Source of the DNA: Pedosphaera sp.
GTDB lineage: Bacteria; Verrucomicrobiota; Verrucomicrobiia; Limisphaerales; SIBH01
NCBI GenBank assembly: GCA_031414955.1
Contig: JANOQV010000036.1
Coordinates: 1 to 59,469 of the forward strand
Direction: 5' to 3'
Length of the DNA: 59,469 nt
Under the pieces are notes generated by a model. The model searched no databases. It had not been told where the DNA came from and saw only the letters and a program-made list of their open reading frames with translations. Shown here piece after piece: positions 1 to 9,401 of the stretch (its first letter is position 1; each line of letters starts with the position of its first letter). The translations under genes were made by a program, and so were the position numbers.

Positions 1-58
1 CCACTTCCGCTTCGCTCTCCCGCAACAAAGGACACGGTCCGGCTTCCGAGTCTTTCAT
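1..58 (-). CDS. 5' end of a hypothetical protein running off the window edge
   Basis: ATG at 58 preceded by AGGAG; reads MKDSEAGPCPLLRESEAEV... open to the edge. Confidence 0.35.
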   Translation of the reverse strand, partial: MKDSEAGPCPLLRESEAEV

Positions 59-205
59 GTTCGCTCCTGGTGATGGGTTGGACTGACTCAGAGAGGAACC
101 GTTCACGCCCGCAGCCTAACGGTACTGTCAAGATGCGCCCGACGTCGGTGGCCACCGGAATCCCTGCTTTACTTCACCCTGCGGATGCGCAGATTTACAC
201 CCCTT

Positions 206-343
206 ATGGATTTCGACATGAATTGGTGGGGCGTGCTGGCGATGCCGGTGGGTGTGGTCATCTGCTTCGGCCCGGTGATCGTGGCCTGGATCTTGGCGGA
301 GAAAAAGTCCGAGGCCGCGCCGAAGCGCCAGGACCGTCGTTGA
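206..343 (+). CDS. small single-pass membrane protein (45 aa), below the ORF-track cutoff
   Basis: Translates MDFDMNWWGVLAMPVGVVICFGPVIVAWILAEKKSEAAPKRQDRR*: hydrophobic segment, charged tail, GC3-rich codons. Confidence 0.6.
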   Translation: MDFDMNWWGVLAMPVGVVICFGPVIVAWILAEKKSEAAPKRQDRR

Positions 344-380
344 GTCCTCACTCCGGTTTCGGCGCGAAGGAATCGCTTCC

Positions 381-1748
381 TCAGACGTTCTTCAACATCC
401 CGGTGGAGTCCCCAAAGGAATCCACTTTCACGCCCATGGTGTTGAGCATGGTCACGTAGAGATTGTTCATGGGCGTGCCGCTGACTGGGTCCAAATGCTG
501 CCCGGGATGGAAGGCACCGCCTCCGCGCCCGGCGAGAATCACCGGCAGATCGCTGTGGCTATGGGCATTGCCATCGCCCAGTCCGCTGCAATAAACGATC
601 ATCGAGTTGTCCAGCAGCGTCCGACCGTCGCGATCCTTGGTCTCGCGCATCCGCTTGAGGAACCAGGCCAGTTGCCGCACGTAGAACTGATCAATCTTCG
701 CGATCTTTTCCAATTTTTCCGGATCGCTCTGATGATGGGAAAGATTGTGATGGCCATCGGAAACTCCCTCGTCCTTGAAACTCCGGTTGCTGCCGTCGTG
801 GGCCAGAAGGAAGGTCGCCACGCGGGTGGAATCGGTCTGAAAGGCCAGCACCAGCATGTCGCCCATCAGGCGGATGTGATCCTCGTACTTCGCCGGCACG
901 CCCGCCGCTGGAGCCCCGACTCCGGGGTCGGGCAATTCGCGGAAGCGCTCCGCGCGCTGGATGCGGCTCTCGATCTCACGCACGCCGGTCAGATACTCAT
1001 CGAGCTTCTGCTGATCGTTGCGGCCGAGCTGGCGTTGCAGGTTCTTGGCGTCGTCCGAGACGAAATCCAAAATGGATTTCTGCTGGGCCATGCGCTGATC
1101 AAAAATCTTTTGCCGCTCGCCCGGCTGGCCCGAGCCGAACAGGCGTTCGAAGACGAGGCGCGGATTGGATTCCGGCGCGACCGGCGTGGTCTCGGAACGC
1201 CACGAGAGGTTGAACTGATAGGCGCAGGAGTAGCCTGAATCGCACGAGCCAGATTTGCGCACGCCGTCACAGGAAAGCTCCAGTGAGGCGAAACGCGTCT
1301 GGTCGCCGAGGTGCCGCGCCGCCACCTGATCCACTGAGACTCCCACCCGAATGTCCGCGCCCGCGGTCTTCTTCGGACGCGCGCCGGTCAGGATGCTGGC
1401 GCATGCGCGGGCATGATCCCCTGCCCCGTCGGAACCGGCCGTGCCATTCTGCTGCCCCAGCCGGGTGATGAATTGGAGTTCGCTGCGATGAGGGGCCAGC
1501 GCCTCCATCGACTTGTTGAGCTGGTAATCTGTCCCCGTCCCAACGGGCTTCCACAGCGATTTGTTGACGCCGTTGGGAACGTAAAGGAACGCCATGCGCA
1601 AGGGCGCGCCGCTGGCTGTCGTCGCGGGGGCGGCCCCAGCCGCCCAGGCTGGCCCAGGCAGAATGGAATCCAAAGCGGGCAGGGCCAGCGAGACCCCGAG
1701 GCCACGGAGAAAACGACGGCGGCTCAAATCAATCGACGGACTGTTCAT
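381..1748 (-). CDS. DUF1552 domain-containing protein with Tat-like N-terminus
   Basis: SRRRFLRGLGVSLALP leader; RMAFLYVPNG, GAGDHAR, CDSGYSCAY, AFQTDSTRVAT, HHNLSHH, LLDNSM motifs; start moved to Met36 of ORF 381..1853. Confidence 0.9.
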   Translation of the reverse strand: MNSPSIDLSRRRFLRGLGVSLALPALDSILPGPAWAAGAAPATTASGAPLRMAFLYVPNGVNKSLWKPVGTGTDYQLNKSMEALAPHRSELQFITRLGQQNGTAGSDGAGDHARACASILTGARPKKTAGADIRVGVSVDQVAARHLGDQTRFASLELSCDGVRKSGSCDSGYSCAYQFNLSWRSETTPVAPESNPRLVFERLFGSGQPGERQKIFDQRMAQQKSILDFVSDDAKNLQRQLGRNDQQKLDEYLTGVREIESRIQRAERFRELPDPGVGAPAAGVPAKYEDHIRLMGDMLVLAFQTDSTRVATFLLAHDGSNRSFKDEGVSDGHHNLSHHQSDPEKLEKIAKIDQFYVRQLAWFLKRMRETKDRDGRTLLDNSMIVYCSGLGDGNAHSHSDLPVILAGRGGGAFHPGQHLDPVSGTPMNNLYVTMLNTMGVKVDSFGDSTGMLKNV

Positions 1749-1904
1749 AATGTTTCGCAATCGGCTTTTCTGACGTTGTTGACGAACGGCCTCTTCACCG
1801 GCATTTCCCAGGCCGCCGGATGACGATTCCGGCCGGCTGGCCGCTTCCCCCACCCGGTGCTTGTGCCCGGCGATGCGGCAGCGTATCTCAAAGCCGCATC
1901 AACC

Positions 1905-3125
1905 ATGAGCATACGAAAACTCAGCAGAATTTTGGGCGCGCTTTTGCTCGTCGCAGGCTTGGCCGGCGGGTTCGCCCTGCGGGCAGCAGAAGACGCCGAC
2001 GAAGGACTGGCCGCGCTGGTGGAATTGCTCGGCACCGGCGACGACGCCCAGTTCCAACTCGATGTGCTCAAGGGCATGAGCGACGGACTGAAAGGCCGGC
2101 GCGGGGTGAAAATGCCGGCCGGCTGGGAGAAGGTGGCCACAAAACTCAACCAGACCGGGAGCACACCGGTGCGGGAGTTGGTCCAGTCACTTTCCCTCAC
2201 TTTCGGCAGTGCCTCGGCCCTGCAAGCGTTGCGCGCGACTTTGTTGGACCCCAGTGCCGGACTTCCCGCCCGCAGCAACGCCCTGGTTGCCCTGCTGGCG
2301 GCCAAGGATCCTTCCCTGCCCTCAACCCTGCAATCGCTGCTCAAAGATCCCGCCCTGCGCGGGGCCGCGTTGCGCGGACTGGCGGCTTACGATGACGCAC
2401 AGACCCCCGCCGCCATCTTGGAAATCTATGCCCCGCTGCTCGCGACCGAGAAACGGGACGCGCTCAACACCCTGGCCGCCCGCGCCCCTTCCGCCCAGGC
2501 GCTGCTCCAAGCCATCGCGGAAAAAAAGATTCCGGCCGGCGATTTGTCCGCCGAGATCATTCGCCAGCTTCGCAATTTCAAGGACCCGCAAATCAACGAG
2601 CAGGTGGCCAAAACGTGGGGCGTGGCGAGGGAGAGTGAGGGCGATCAGCTCAAAGACATCGCGCGGTTCAAGAAGCTGCTCGCGGACAAAGGCTACGGTG
2701 AGGCCCGCCGCGGCCGGGCCGTCTTCGCGCGGACCTGCCAGCAATGCCACACGCTCTTCGGCGAAGGCGGCAAGGTCGGCCCCGACATCACCGGCTCAAA
2801 TCGCGCCGACGTGGATTACATCCTGCAAAACGTCATCGACCCAAACGCCGTCATTCCCAACGACTACCGCACCTCGAACTTGGAAACGAAGGACGAGCGT
2901 TCCATCACCGGCATTGTCACCAAGCAGGATGCCAACGCTTTGACCATCATCACGGCCAACGAGACGCTCATCATTCCGCGCCACGAGGTGAAGTCGCTCG
3001 TGCAGTCGGAGCTTTCCATGATGCCGGAGGGTTTGTTGCAAGCCATCAACGAGGACGACGCCCGCGATCTGCTGGCCTACCTGCGCGGCGCGGCCCAGGT
3101 GGCCTTGCCGGGGACGACGAAATAA
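1905..3125 (+). CDS. secreted HEAT-repeat plus c-type cytochrome (PVC putative heme-binding domain) protein
   Basis: Signal peptide, Leu/Ala-rich helical repeats, GRAVFARTCQQCH, VGPDITG, DPNAVI, SMMPEGL. Confidence 0.85.
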   Translation: MSIRKLSRILGALLLVAGLAGGFALRAAEDADEGLAALVELLGTGDDAQFQLDVLKGMSDGLKGRRGVKMPAGWEKVATKLNQTGSTPVRELVQSLSLTFGSASALQALRATLLDPSAGLPARSNALVALLAAKDPSLPSTLQSLLKDPALRGAALRGLAAYDDAQTPAAILEIYAPLLATEKRDALNTLAARAPSAQALLQAIAEKKIPAGDLSAEIIRQLRNFKDPQINEQVAKTWGVARESEGDQLKDIARFKKLLADKGYGEARRGRAVFARTCQQCHTLFGEGGKVGPDITGSNRADVDYILQNVIDPNAVIPNDYRTSNLETKDERSITGIVTKQDANALTIITANETLIIPRHEVKSLVQSELSMMPEGLLQAINEDDARDLLAYLRGAAQVALPGTTK

Positions 3126-3136
3126 CGGGGAGCTGC

Positions 3137-4183
3137 ATGGAGTTCACTTATCAACCATTCGATCTGCGCCTGACCCATCGCTGGACGGTGGCGAGCAGCC
3201 TGGCCAGTGGCGGCAAGAGCATCTACCCGGCGGTGTTCGTGGAATTACGCGACGCGGACGGCGTGGTCGGGCGCGGTGAGTCCGCGCCTTCCAATCGCTA
3301 TCTGGAAACGGTCCAGACCTGCTTGGATTTTTTCGCGCGCGTGGAGGCGGCGCGGCTTTCCTTCGCGGACCTTCCGGGCAGCATGACCTATCTCGAAGCG
3401 CTCGCGCCGAAAAACCATTCTCCGAAGGGCGCGCTCAACCTGGCGCTGCTGGATGGCGCGGCCAAGAAGGCCCGGCGCACCCTGCATGATTTTCTCGGAC
3501 TGCCTTTTGCCGAAGGCCAGCATGTGACTTCGTTCACCATCGGGCTCGACACGCCCGAGATGATCCGCCGCAAGGTGGCCGAAGCGGAGGCTTACTCGAT
3601 CCTCAAGATCAAGGTCGGCGGTCCGAACGACGAGCAAAACCTCGCGGCCGTGCGGGAAATCGCGCCCCAGAAGTTGCTGCGCGCCGATGCCAATGAGGCT
3701 TGGACGACCAAGGAAGAGGCGCTGCGCCGACTGGAGTGGCTGGCCCGCGATCCGAACATTGAGTTCGTCGAGCAACCCATGCCGGCCAGCCAGCCCGTCG
3801 CCGATTTCATCTGGCTCAAAGAACGCTCGCCGCTGCCGATCGTGGCGGATGAATCCTATCTGAGCGCGGCCGACCTGGGGCGCTGCGCCGACTGCTTCCA
3901 CGGCGTGAACGTGAAGCTGTGCAAGACAGGCGGCGTGACGCGCGGCTTCGAGGCGCTCTCCGCCGCCCGCCGCGCCGGGCTGAAGACGATGCTGGGCTGC
4001 ATGATTGAATCCAGCATCCTGACCAGCGCCGGCGCGCACCTCGCGGCGCTGACCGACTGGCTGGATCTCGATGGCAATCTGCTGATCACGAACGATCCCT
4101 TCGCGGGCGTGACTTCGGATGGTGGGAGGCTCTCCTTCGCGCCCGCCGCCGAGCCGTTCGGCCTGCGGGTGCTACCGAGATGA
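3137..4183 (+). CDS. dipeptide epimerase (L-Ala-D/L-Glu epimerase, enolase superfamily)
   Basis: TSFTIGLD, LKIKVG, RADANEAW, EQP, ADES, NVKLCKTGG, GCMIES, DLDG; start at internal Met of ORF 2744..4183. Confidence 0.9.
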   Translation: MEFTYQPFDLRLTHRWTVASSLASGGKSIYPAVFVELRDADGVVGRGESAPSNRYLETVQTCLDFFARVEAARLSFADLPGSMTYLEALAPKNHSPKGALNLALLDGAAKKARRTLHDFLGLPFAEGQHVTSFTIGLDTPEMIRRKVAEAEAYSILKIKVGGPNDEQNLAAVREIAPQKLLRADANEAWTTKEEALRRLEWLARDPNIEFVEQPMPASQPVADFIWLKERSPLPIVADESYLSAADLGRCADCFHGVNVKLCKTGGVTRGFEALSAARRAGLKTMLGCMIESSILTSAGAHLAALTDWLDLDGNLLITNDPFAGVTSDGGRLSFAPAAEPFGLRVLPR

Positions 4184-4248
4184 GCCTGGCTCCACCGCCG
4201 CGCGCCACTCCCAACGGAGGCCAGATTGATCCTTCACGACGTTCTCAT

Positions 4249-4278
4249 TTGTCACCTGCGCCCGGGCCTGCTTAGAAT
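4249..4278 (+). promoter_or_regulatory. putative sigma70 promoter for the hybrid kinase gene
   Basis: TTGTCA-N18-TAGAAT, 11 nt upstream of ATG 4290. Confidence 0.4.
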
Positions 4279-4289
4279 CGCGCCCACAG

Positions 4290-5396
4290 ATGAAGAAAGT
4301 CCTAGTCATTGATGACACGGCCGAGATCCGGATGATCATCGAAGAGACTCTCCAGATGTTCGGTTTCGACGTCGTGATGGCCGAAGACGGTGAGAGCGGC
4401 ATCGAAATGGCCAGGCAACATCTGCCTGATCTGATCATCTGCGACGTCCACATGCCCAAACTGGACGGCTTCGGCACCCTCACCGGGCTGCGCGAGAATG
4501 AAAGCACCGCCACCATCCCCTTCATCTTTCTTTCCGGTGCGGTCGAGCGGCCCGACGTCCGCCGCGGCATGGAACTGGGCGCGGACGATTACTTGACCAA
4601 GCCCTTCACCACGTCCGAACTGCTCGCGGCGGTGAATGCGCGCCTGGAGAAGAAAGCCGAGATCGAGCGCGAGTCGGAAAAGAAACTCGACGAACTGCGC
4701 GGCAAGATGACCCTCGCCCTGCCCCACGAGTTGCGCACGCCGCTCAACGGCATCATGGGGCTGGCCTCCATCCTCATCACCGATCACGCCTCCATGCCAC
4801 CGAAGGAAATCCTCGAGTCGGCGCAACTCATCCACGATTCAGCCGGGCGGTTGCACCGGCTGATCGAAAACTTTCTGGGCTATGCCCAGATCGAATTGAT
4901 GTCCAAGGACGCCAAATCCGTCCAGGGCCGCGCCTCGAAAAGCGCCACCGCCGCTGCGCCCCTGGTCACCGAGGCGGCCCGCGTCGTCGCCGAGCGATGG
5001 AAGCGGACCGCGGATTTGCGGCTCGAGTTGCGGCCCGGCACGCTCGCGGTCATTGCGGATAACTTTCAAAAGATCGTCGAGGAGTTGGTGGACAATGCCT
5101 TCAAGTTCTCCGAGCCGGGCAGCCGCGTGCGTATTTTCGCCGGCGTCATGGAGCACACATTTTCCCTGCACGTCATCAACACCGGACGCGGCCTGAGCGC
5201 CGAACAAATTGCCCAGATCGGCCCGCACGTCCAGTTTGAGCGGGAGAAATACGAGCAACAGGGCGCCGGTCTCGGTTTGGTCATCGCCAAACGGTTGACG
5301 GAGTTGAACGGCGGGCAATTCTCCATCACCAGCGTGCCCGGCGCGGACACCAAGGTCTCGGTGTCCTTCCCCGGGCCCGCCGCGTGGCAAAAGTAA
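4290..5396 (+). CDS. hybrid response regulator / histidine kinase (REC-HisKA-HATPase)
   Basis: VLVIDD, DLIICDVHMP, DYLTKPF; HELRTPLNGI; ELVDNAFKF; GAGLGL. Confidence 0.93.
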   Translation: MKKVLVIDDTAEIRMIIEETLQMFGFDVVMAEDGESGIEMARQHLPDLIICDVHMPKLDGFGTLTGLRENESTATIPFIFLSGAVERPDVRRGMELGADDYLTKPFTTSELLAAVNARLEKKAEIERESEKKLDELRGKMTLALPHELRTPLNGIMGLASILITDHASMPPKEILESAQLIHDSAGRLHRLIENFLGYAQIELMSKDAKSVQGRASKSATAAAPLVTEAARVVAERWKRTADLRLELRPGTLAVIADNFQKIVEELVDNAFKFSEPGSRVRIFAGVMEHTFSLHVINTGRGLSAEQIAQIGPHVQFEREKYEQQGAGLGLVIAKRLTELNGGQFSITSVPGADTKVSVSFPGPAAWQK

Positions 5397-5426
5397 GCGG
5401 CGCCGCGCGCCGGAACGCTCCCGCGC

Positions 5427-6686
5427 TTAGGGCAGTTCCTGCAAACGAATCCGGCGGTATTCGATCTGGCCACGATCCCCTTCCAGTCCGATGGGCCCGG
5501 TGGGCGGAACTTTCATCGCGGCGTTGAGCACCTCGCCGTTGCAGGTGCAGTAGCCCACGTTATTGGTCACGGCCACGATCATCTCGTTCCACTCGCCCGC
5601 TTTGTATTTCGTGAGGTTGGTGTAAGGCCCGGCCAGCAGATAGTCGCGGCACTGGAGTTGAGGCTGACGAATGAACACGCCGCTGTCAGCGTAAGGCGTG
5701 GCGCGGAACTCCAGCTTGAGCACGAAATCCTTGGGAAATGACTTCGTGGTCCAGAGTTGCGTCACCTTCCGATACTCCGGCGGCGTGGTCACGACGAGCC
5801 GACCGTTTTTCGCGACGTAGCGGCCTTCACTGCTCGCGGTCAACCCGTCGAAGTTGTTCGTCTTGTAGCCCCAGCCGGTCAGATCCTGGCCGTTGAACAG
5901 ACTCACGAAGCCCGGCTCGGGGGCGAAGTTGTCCGGCTCCGTCTCCACGAAACCCAGCGTCGCCAGCACCGGGCGAATCGCTCCGGCCCACTTGGTGTAG
6001 CCGGCCTGGTTCGGATGCAGCAGGTCGGGAAACTCGTCCTTCTTCGCGTCGCCCTGCGCATCGGCGAAGAGCACGTGGGTTTCCATCAGCGTCACCTGCG
6101 CGTCGCCCTTCACGGCGGCGGCATAGAGCTGGTTGACCTTCTTGATCTTGTCGGCCGGGCGGCTCTTCGAGGCGGAACTGGGAAACACCTGGCAGAGGAT
6201 GATCGGCATCTTGGCGTTGTGCTGTTTCAGCGCGGCGAGAATCAGTTTCAAATTTCCAGCGATGATTTCCGGCTCGGCCTTCTCCTCCAAATCATTCGTC
6301 CCGATCAGCAGCACCACGCCAGCAGGCTTCAAGTCGAGCACATCCTCTTTCAATCGAATCAGCACCCCGCGCGTGGTGTCGCCGCTGATGCCGCGGTTGG
6401 CCGCCTTCACTCCGGGAAACGCGCCCCCGATGTTGTCGCCCCAACCTTGGGTGATGGAGTCACCCAGGAAAACAAGCGCACCTTGATCCTTCTCGACGCG
6501 TTGCGCCCAGCCTTGGCGCTTCTGCGTCCAGAGCTTGGTGAACCAGTCCGCACGGCGAATCGGCCCCGCGCCGGGCAGTCCGTCATCCGTGGCCGGAATA
6601 TCCAGCGACGCGGCGGGGCTGAAGGCGGTGAATGGGGGGGCGAGTATAAACGCGGCAACGAGTGTGAGTCGGGCAATCAATTTCAT
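5427..6686 (-). CDS. secreted GDSL/SGNH esterase fused to DUF1080 (3-keto-disaccharide hydrolase-like) domain
   Basis: FLGDSIT, NRGISGD, IGTND, DLLHPN; then SLFNGQDLTGW, DSGVF, GEWNE, GPIGLE, YRRIR. Confidence 0.9.
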   Translation of the reverse strand: MKLIARLTLVAAFILAPPFTAFSPAASLDIPATDDGLPGAGPIRRADWFTKLWTQKRQGWAQRVEKDQGALVFLGDSITQGWGDNIGGAFPGVKAANRGISGDTTRGVLIRLKEDVLDLKPAGVVLLIGTNDLEEKAEPEIIAGNLKLILAALKQHNAKMPIILCQVFPSSASKSRPADKIKKVNQLYAAAVKGDAQVTLMETHVLFADAQGDAKKDEFPDLLHPNQAGYTKWAGAIRPVLATLGFVETEPDNFAPEPGFVSLFNGQDLTGWGYKTNNFDGLTASSEGRYVAKNGRLVVTTPPEYRKVTQLWTTKSFPKDFVLKLEFRATPYADSGVFIRQPQLQCRDYLLAGPYTNLTKYKAGEWNEMIVAVTNNVGYCTCNGEVLNAAMKVPPTGPIGLEGDRGQIEYRRIRLQELP

Positions 6687-6775
6687 GGCTTTGTGCGCGG
6701 GATGCTTGGATAGAAGGGCGAACGAGGCAAGCTTAGTTTGGATGTGGGTCCACTTAAGGCTGATCCCCCTACCCC

Positions 6776-6812
6776 AAATAAGAAGGCCGGACCAGTGCCT
6801 TTGGTCCGGCCT
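6776..6812 (-). terminator. intrinsic terminator
   Basis: 11-bp stem AGGCCGGACCA/TGGTCCGGCCT followed on the minus strand by TCTTATTT, just downstream of the stop at 6834. Confidence 0.6.
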
Positions 6813-6833
6813 CTGATGCCTGCTGCTCGCCGC

Positions 6834-7216
6834 TTAGGCGGAGGCTTTGTGTGGCGCGGGGACGGACACCACGTTGGTGAGGCGGGTCAGGCCGCTCTGG
6901 CGGTCGTCTTTGCGGATGTAGCCGAAGGACGCATACAGCGCGCTGTTCTCGCCGAAGTTCGGATCACCCTGCACTGAGTTCACCACGATGGCGGCGATTT
7001 CCTCGCTCACCACGCCCGCATTGCGGCGGTCCACGCGGAAGCCTTCGATCTGCCGCTCCAGATCCGTGCTGCTGGCGTGCGCGCCCAGGGCAGGTTTCAA
7101 CTTCGCCTTGAACTGCACCAAGGTCAGACCGGCAAACGTCGCGCCCGCTGCATATCCCTCCCAGCCGGCGGTGTGCGCGTTGAAGCGACACCAGTTGCTT
7201 TTGGATTATTAGCCAT
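6834..7216 (-). pseudogene. conserved hypothetical protein with a 1-bp frameshift near the 5' end
   Basis: ATG 7216 gives MANNPKATGV, out of frame with RFNAHTAGWEGYAAGATFAGLTLVQFKAK...GDPNFGENSALYASFGYIRKDDRQSGLTR; the long frame has TAA TAA upstream. Confidence 0.55.
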
Positions 7217-7519
7217 GGCCTATCACCTCCCCCAGGCCTAGCCCGTGACGGCATTGAGGCTTGATACTCATGGACGGCTTTTAGCGACGGATATGCCAGT
7301 CAGGGCCGGGAGCGAATAAGTGCCGCAACATCAGGAATAATGTGCGGGATGCAGTCTCTGCCTGCGCAGGACAAATGGCGGGCGACTGTCAGGTGATTGG
7401 ATAGGCATCGCCGGAGATTTTGACGAAAACAAACTCCTCCACGCCTCGATGGCCGCCGTTCCATAAGCAAGCGTAGCGTCAATTGCCGATCGTGAGGGCT
7501 TTGTGACCCCTTTTGTGAA

Positions 7520-8884
7520 CTAGTTCTGCACCTCGGTGGTGCGAACCGTTGCGACCCAACGCACAGTTGACGTGTCGCCGGCCACTTTGATGATAAGCGC
7601 GTCATTTGCATTATCTGCAACGACGCTTGCATCCCACGCTGGAACATCTTCGGCAAGAATAGTCTTATTGACTGCGGCCACAAGAGCGGTAGCGCCACCG
7701 ATGTTTTCGATCACACCGCTGAAAACGTATCCCGCAGAATCGCCTAAGGTGTTCCGCCCCACGACTTGAACTTCAAACGTCCAAGTGCTTCCGCTTGGGA
7801 TGTCCATGCGTGCGAAACCGGCGTCCAAGAACATTTCGATCAACGTGCCGCTGGTGGTTGTTTGGCGCAGAATATATTGCGATGCTTGGGCATCCCCAAT
7901 AGTGCTAAATGCTCCGCCGGCATGTGCGATTTGGCCGAAATTTCGAGCATGCGCTGCCGTTCCGCCAAGCACTGTTCCAGACTCAGCGGAAACAATGTTA
8001 TTGAAACCGCCGCTGATAGTTGCGTATGGAGCGTTAGTAATAAGGTTCACTTCCCCGCCACTGATAACGGAACTGCGGTCCGCGTAAATCCGATTGAACG
8101 CCCCGCCACTGAGGACATGCACGTAGCCATTGTGAATTTCGTTTGCGGAGCCTCCTCCAATGAATCCCCAAGGAGCGCTATTCGTATTCCAAGAGCCGCC
8201 GCCGATGAACGCCCCCTGGCCGCTATCATCAGTGCCATTGGTAAGGATCTTGTTGTAGGCGCCGCCACCGATCGCCGAATAATAACCCACATCCTTATTG
8301 CCCCACCCTCCAGCTATCACACCGGTTTCGTCATTCAAAAAATTAGTCAAGCCACCCCCGATTGTCCCCCACTTACTATACACGAAATTGGAAAAACCCC
8401 CGCCGATTGTAGAGGACTCCGCATTGGACGAGATGTAGTTTACGAAACCGCCGCCGATTGCACTCCACATTCCGTTGTTCGTGTTCTGTTCACCTCCGCC
8501 AATGACCGCATGTTCGCCAAAGCTGGTGTGGATGGCGTTGTTATGTCCGCCCGAGATGGTAGTGTGTTTGGCTATTGCAATATAATTGTCCCGACCACCT
8601 GCGATCACCGCTTCCCTGCCACCGTTGTAGTTGTTCGTGCCTCCGCCGATGACCGAAAGAACACCCGAAATTCGATTACTCTGGCCCCCACCTATAAAAC
8701 TCAGATCGCCTGTGATCGCGTTGGTCTTCCCTCCTGTAATCGAAGAGTAAATGCCAGTCGTAAGCGTGTGGCCAAGACCAATCTTGGCTTCGTCACCGAC
8801 GACAGTGACGACCGCACCGATTGCTGGACGACTGGTGCCAATAATCAGAAGGAGCGACGTGACACATAATTTCATTATTTTCAT
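7520..8884 (-). CDS. secreted IGGGxxN beta-helix repeat protein with a phage tail-fibre-like C-terminal domain
   Basis: Hydrophobic leader; many S/T-I-G/S-GG-xx-N repeats of ~14-15 aa; C-terminal GDAQASQYILR...MFLD...VRWVATVRTTEV. Confidence 0.7.
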   Translation of the reverse strand: MKIMKLCVTSLLLIIGTSRPAIGAVVTVVGDEAKIGLGHTLTTGIYSSITGGKTNAITGDLSFIGGGQSNRISGVLSVIGGGTNNYNGGREAVIAGGRDNYIAIAKHTTISGGHNNAIHTSFGEHAVIGGGEQNTNNGMWSAIGGGFVNYISSNAESSTIGGGFSNFVYSKWGTIGGGLTNFLNDETGVIAGGWGNKDVGYYSAIGGGAYNKILTNGTDDSGQGAFIGGGSWNTNSAPWGFIGGGSANEIHNGYVHVLSGGAFNRIYADRSSVISGGEVNLITNAPYATISGGFNNIVSAESGTVLGGTAAHARNFGQIAHAGGAFSTIGDAQASQYILRQTTTSGTLIEMFLDAGFARMDIPSGSTWTFEVQVVGRNTLGDSAGYVFSGVIENIGGATALVAAVNKTILAEDVPAWDASVVADNANDALIIKVAGDTSTVRWVATVRTTEVQN

Positions 8885-9030
8885 TGTTGTTTGTTTCCCC
8901 CAAATCCAGCCGTGATACATTCGCCGGCTGTCCTGCAATTGAGTTCGCGAAGGCGGGTTAATTCCCAGTTCAGGAGTCACGCATGCAGAGTGGGTAGGAC
9001 TGGATCGCACGATCAAGGCGCATGGATATG

Positions 9031-9062
9031 CGAAACCCGACATCGTTGACTAAATCCGACAT
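9031..9062 (-). promoter_or_regulatory. direct repeat, candidate AraC binding site
   Basis: Minus strand ATGTCGGATTTAG-N6-ATGTCGGGTTTCG, overlapping the AraC stop codon and upstream of the beta-helix gene. Confidence 0.4.
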
Positions 9063-9376
9063 GCGGCCATCGGCGCGAACTCTTGCGGTGTTTTCTTGTA
9101 GAACTTCTTGAACGCGCGAATGAATTGAGAAGGACCGCTGAAATGCATTTCCATCGCCGCAGCCTTGGTCGAATATCCGCTTCGCATTAAGCCCAACGCA
9201 GCTCTCATCCGGAGCGATTGCAGCCAATGCTTAGGCTTATCCTTTAGAATCGAAATGAAGTATCGCTCCAGTTGACGTTGGGAGACCGAACAAAGGGCGG
9301 CCATATCTGCACAACGGAACCTCGCCTTCCGGCCCAGATTTTCCCAATCACTGATTTGTGTTAAGCGACTCGGCAT
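9050..9376 (-). CDS. AraC-family regulator, DNA-binding domain only
   Basis: MAALCSVSQRQLERYF...WLQSLRMRAA...STKAAAMEMHFSGPSQFIRAFKKFYKKTPQEF double-HTH pattern. Confidence 0.85.
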   Translation of the reverse strand: MPSRLTQISDWENLGRKARFRCADMAALCSVSQRQLERYFISILKDKPKHWLQSLRMRAALGLMRSGYSTKAAAMEMHFSGPSQFIRAFKKFYKKTPQEFAPMAACRI

Positions 9377-9401
9377 GTTGGATTTCCACATGAGACCATA
9401 A

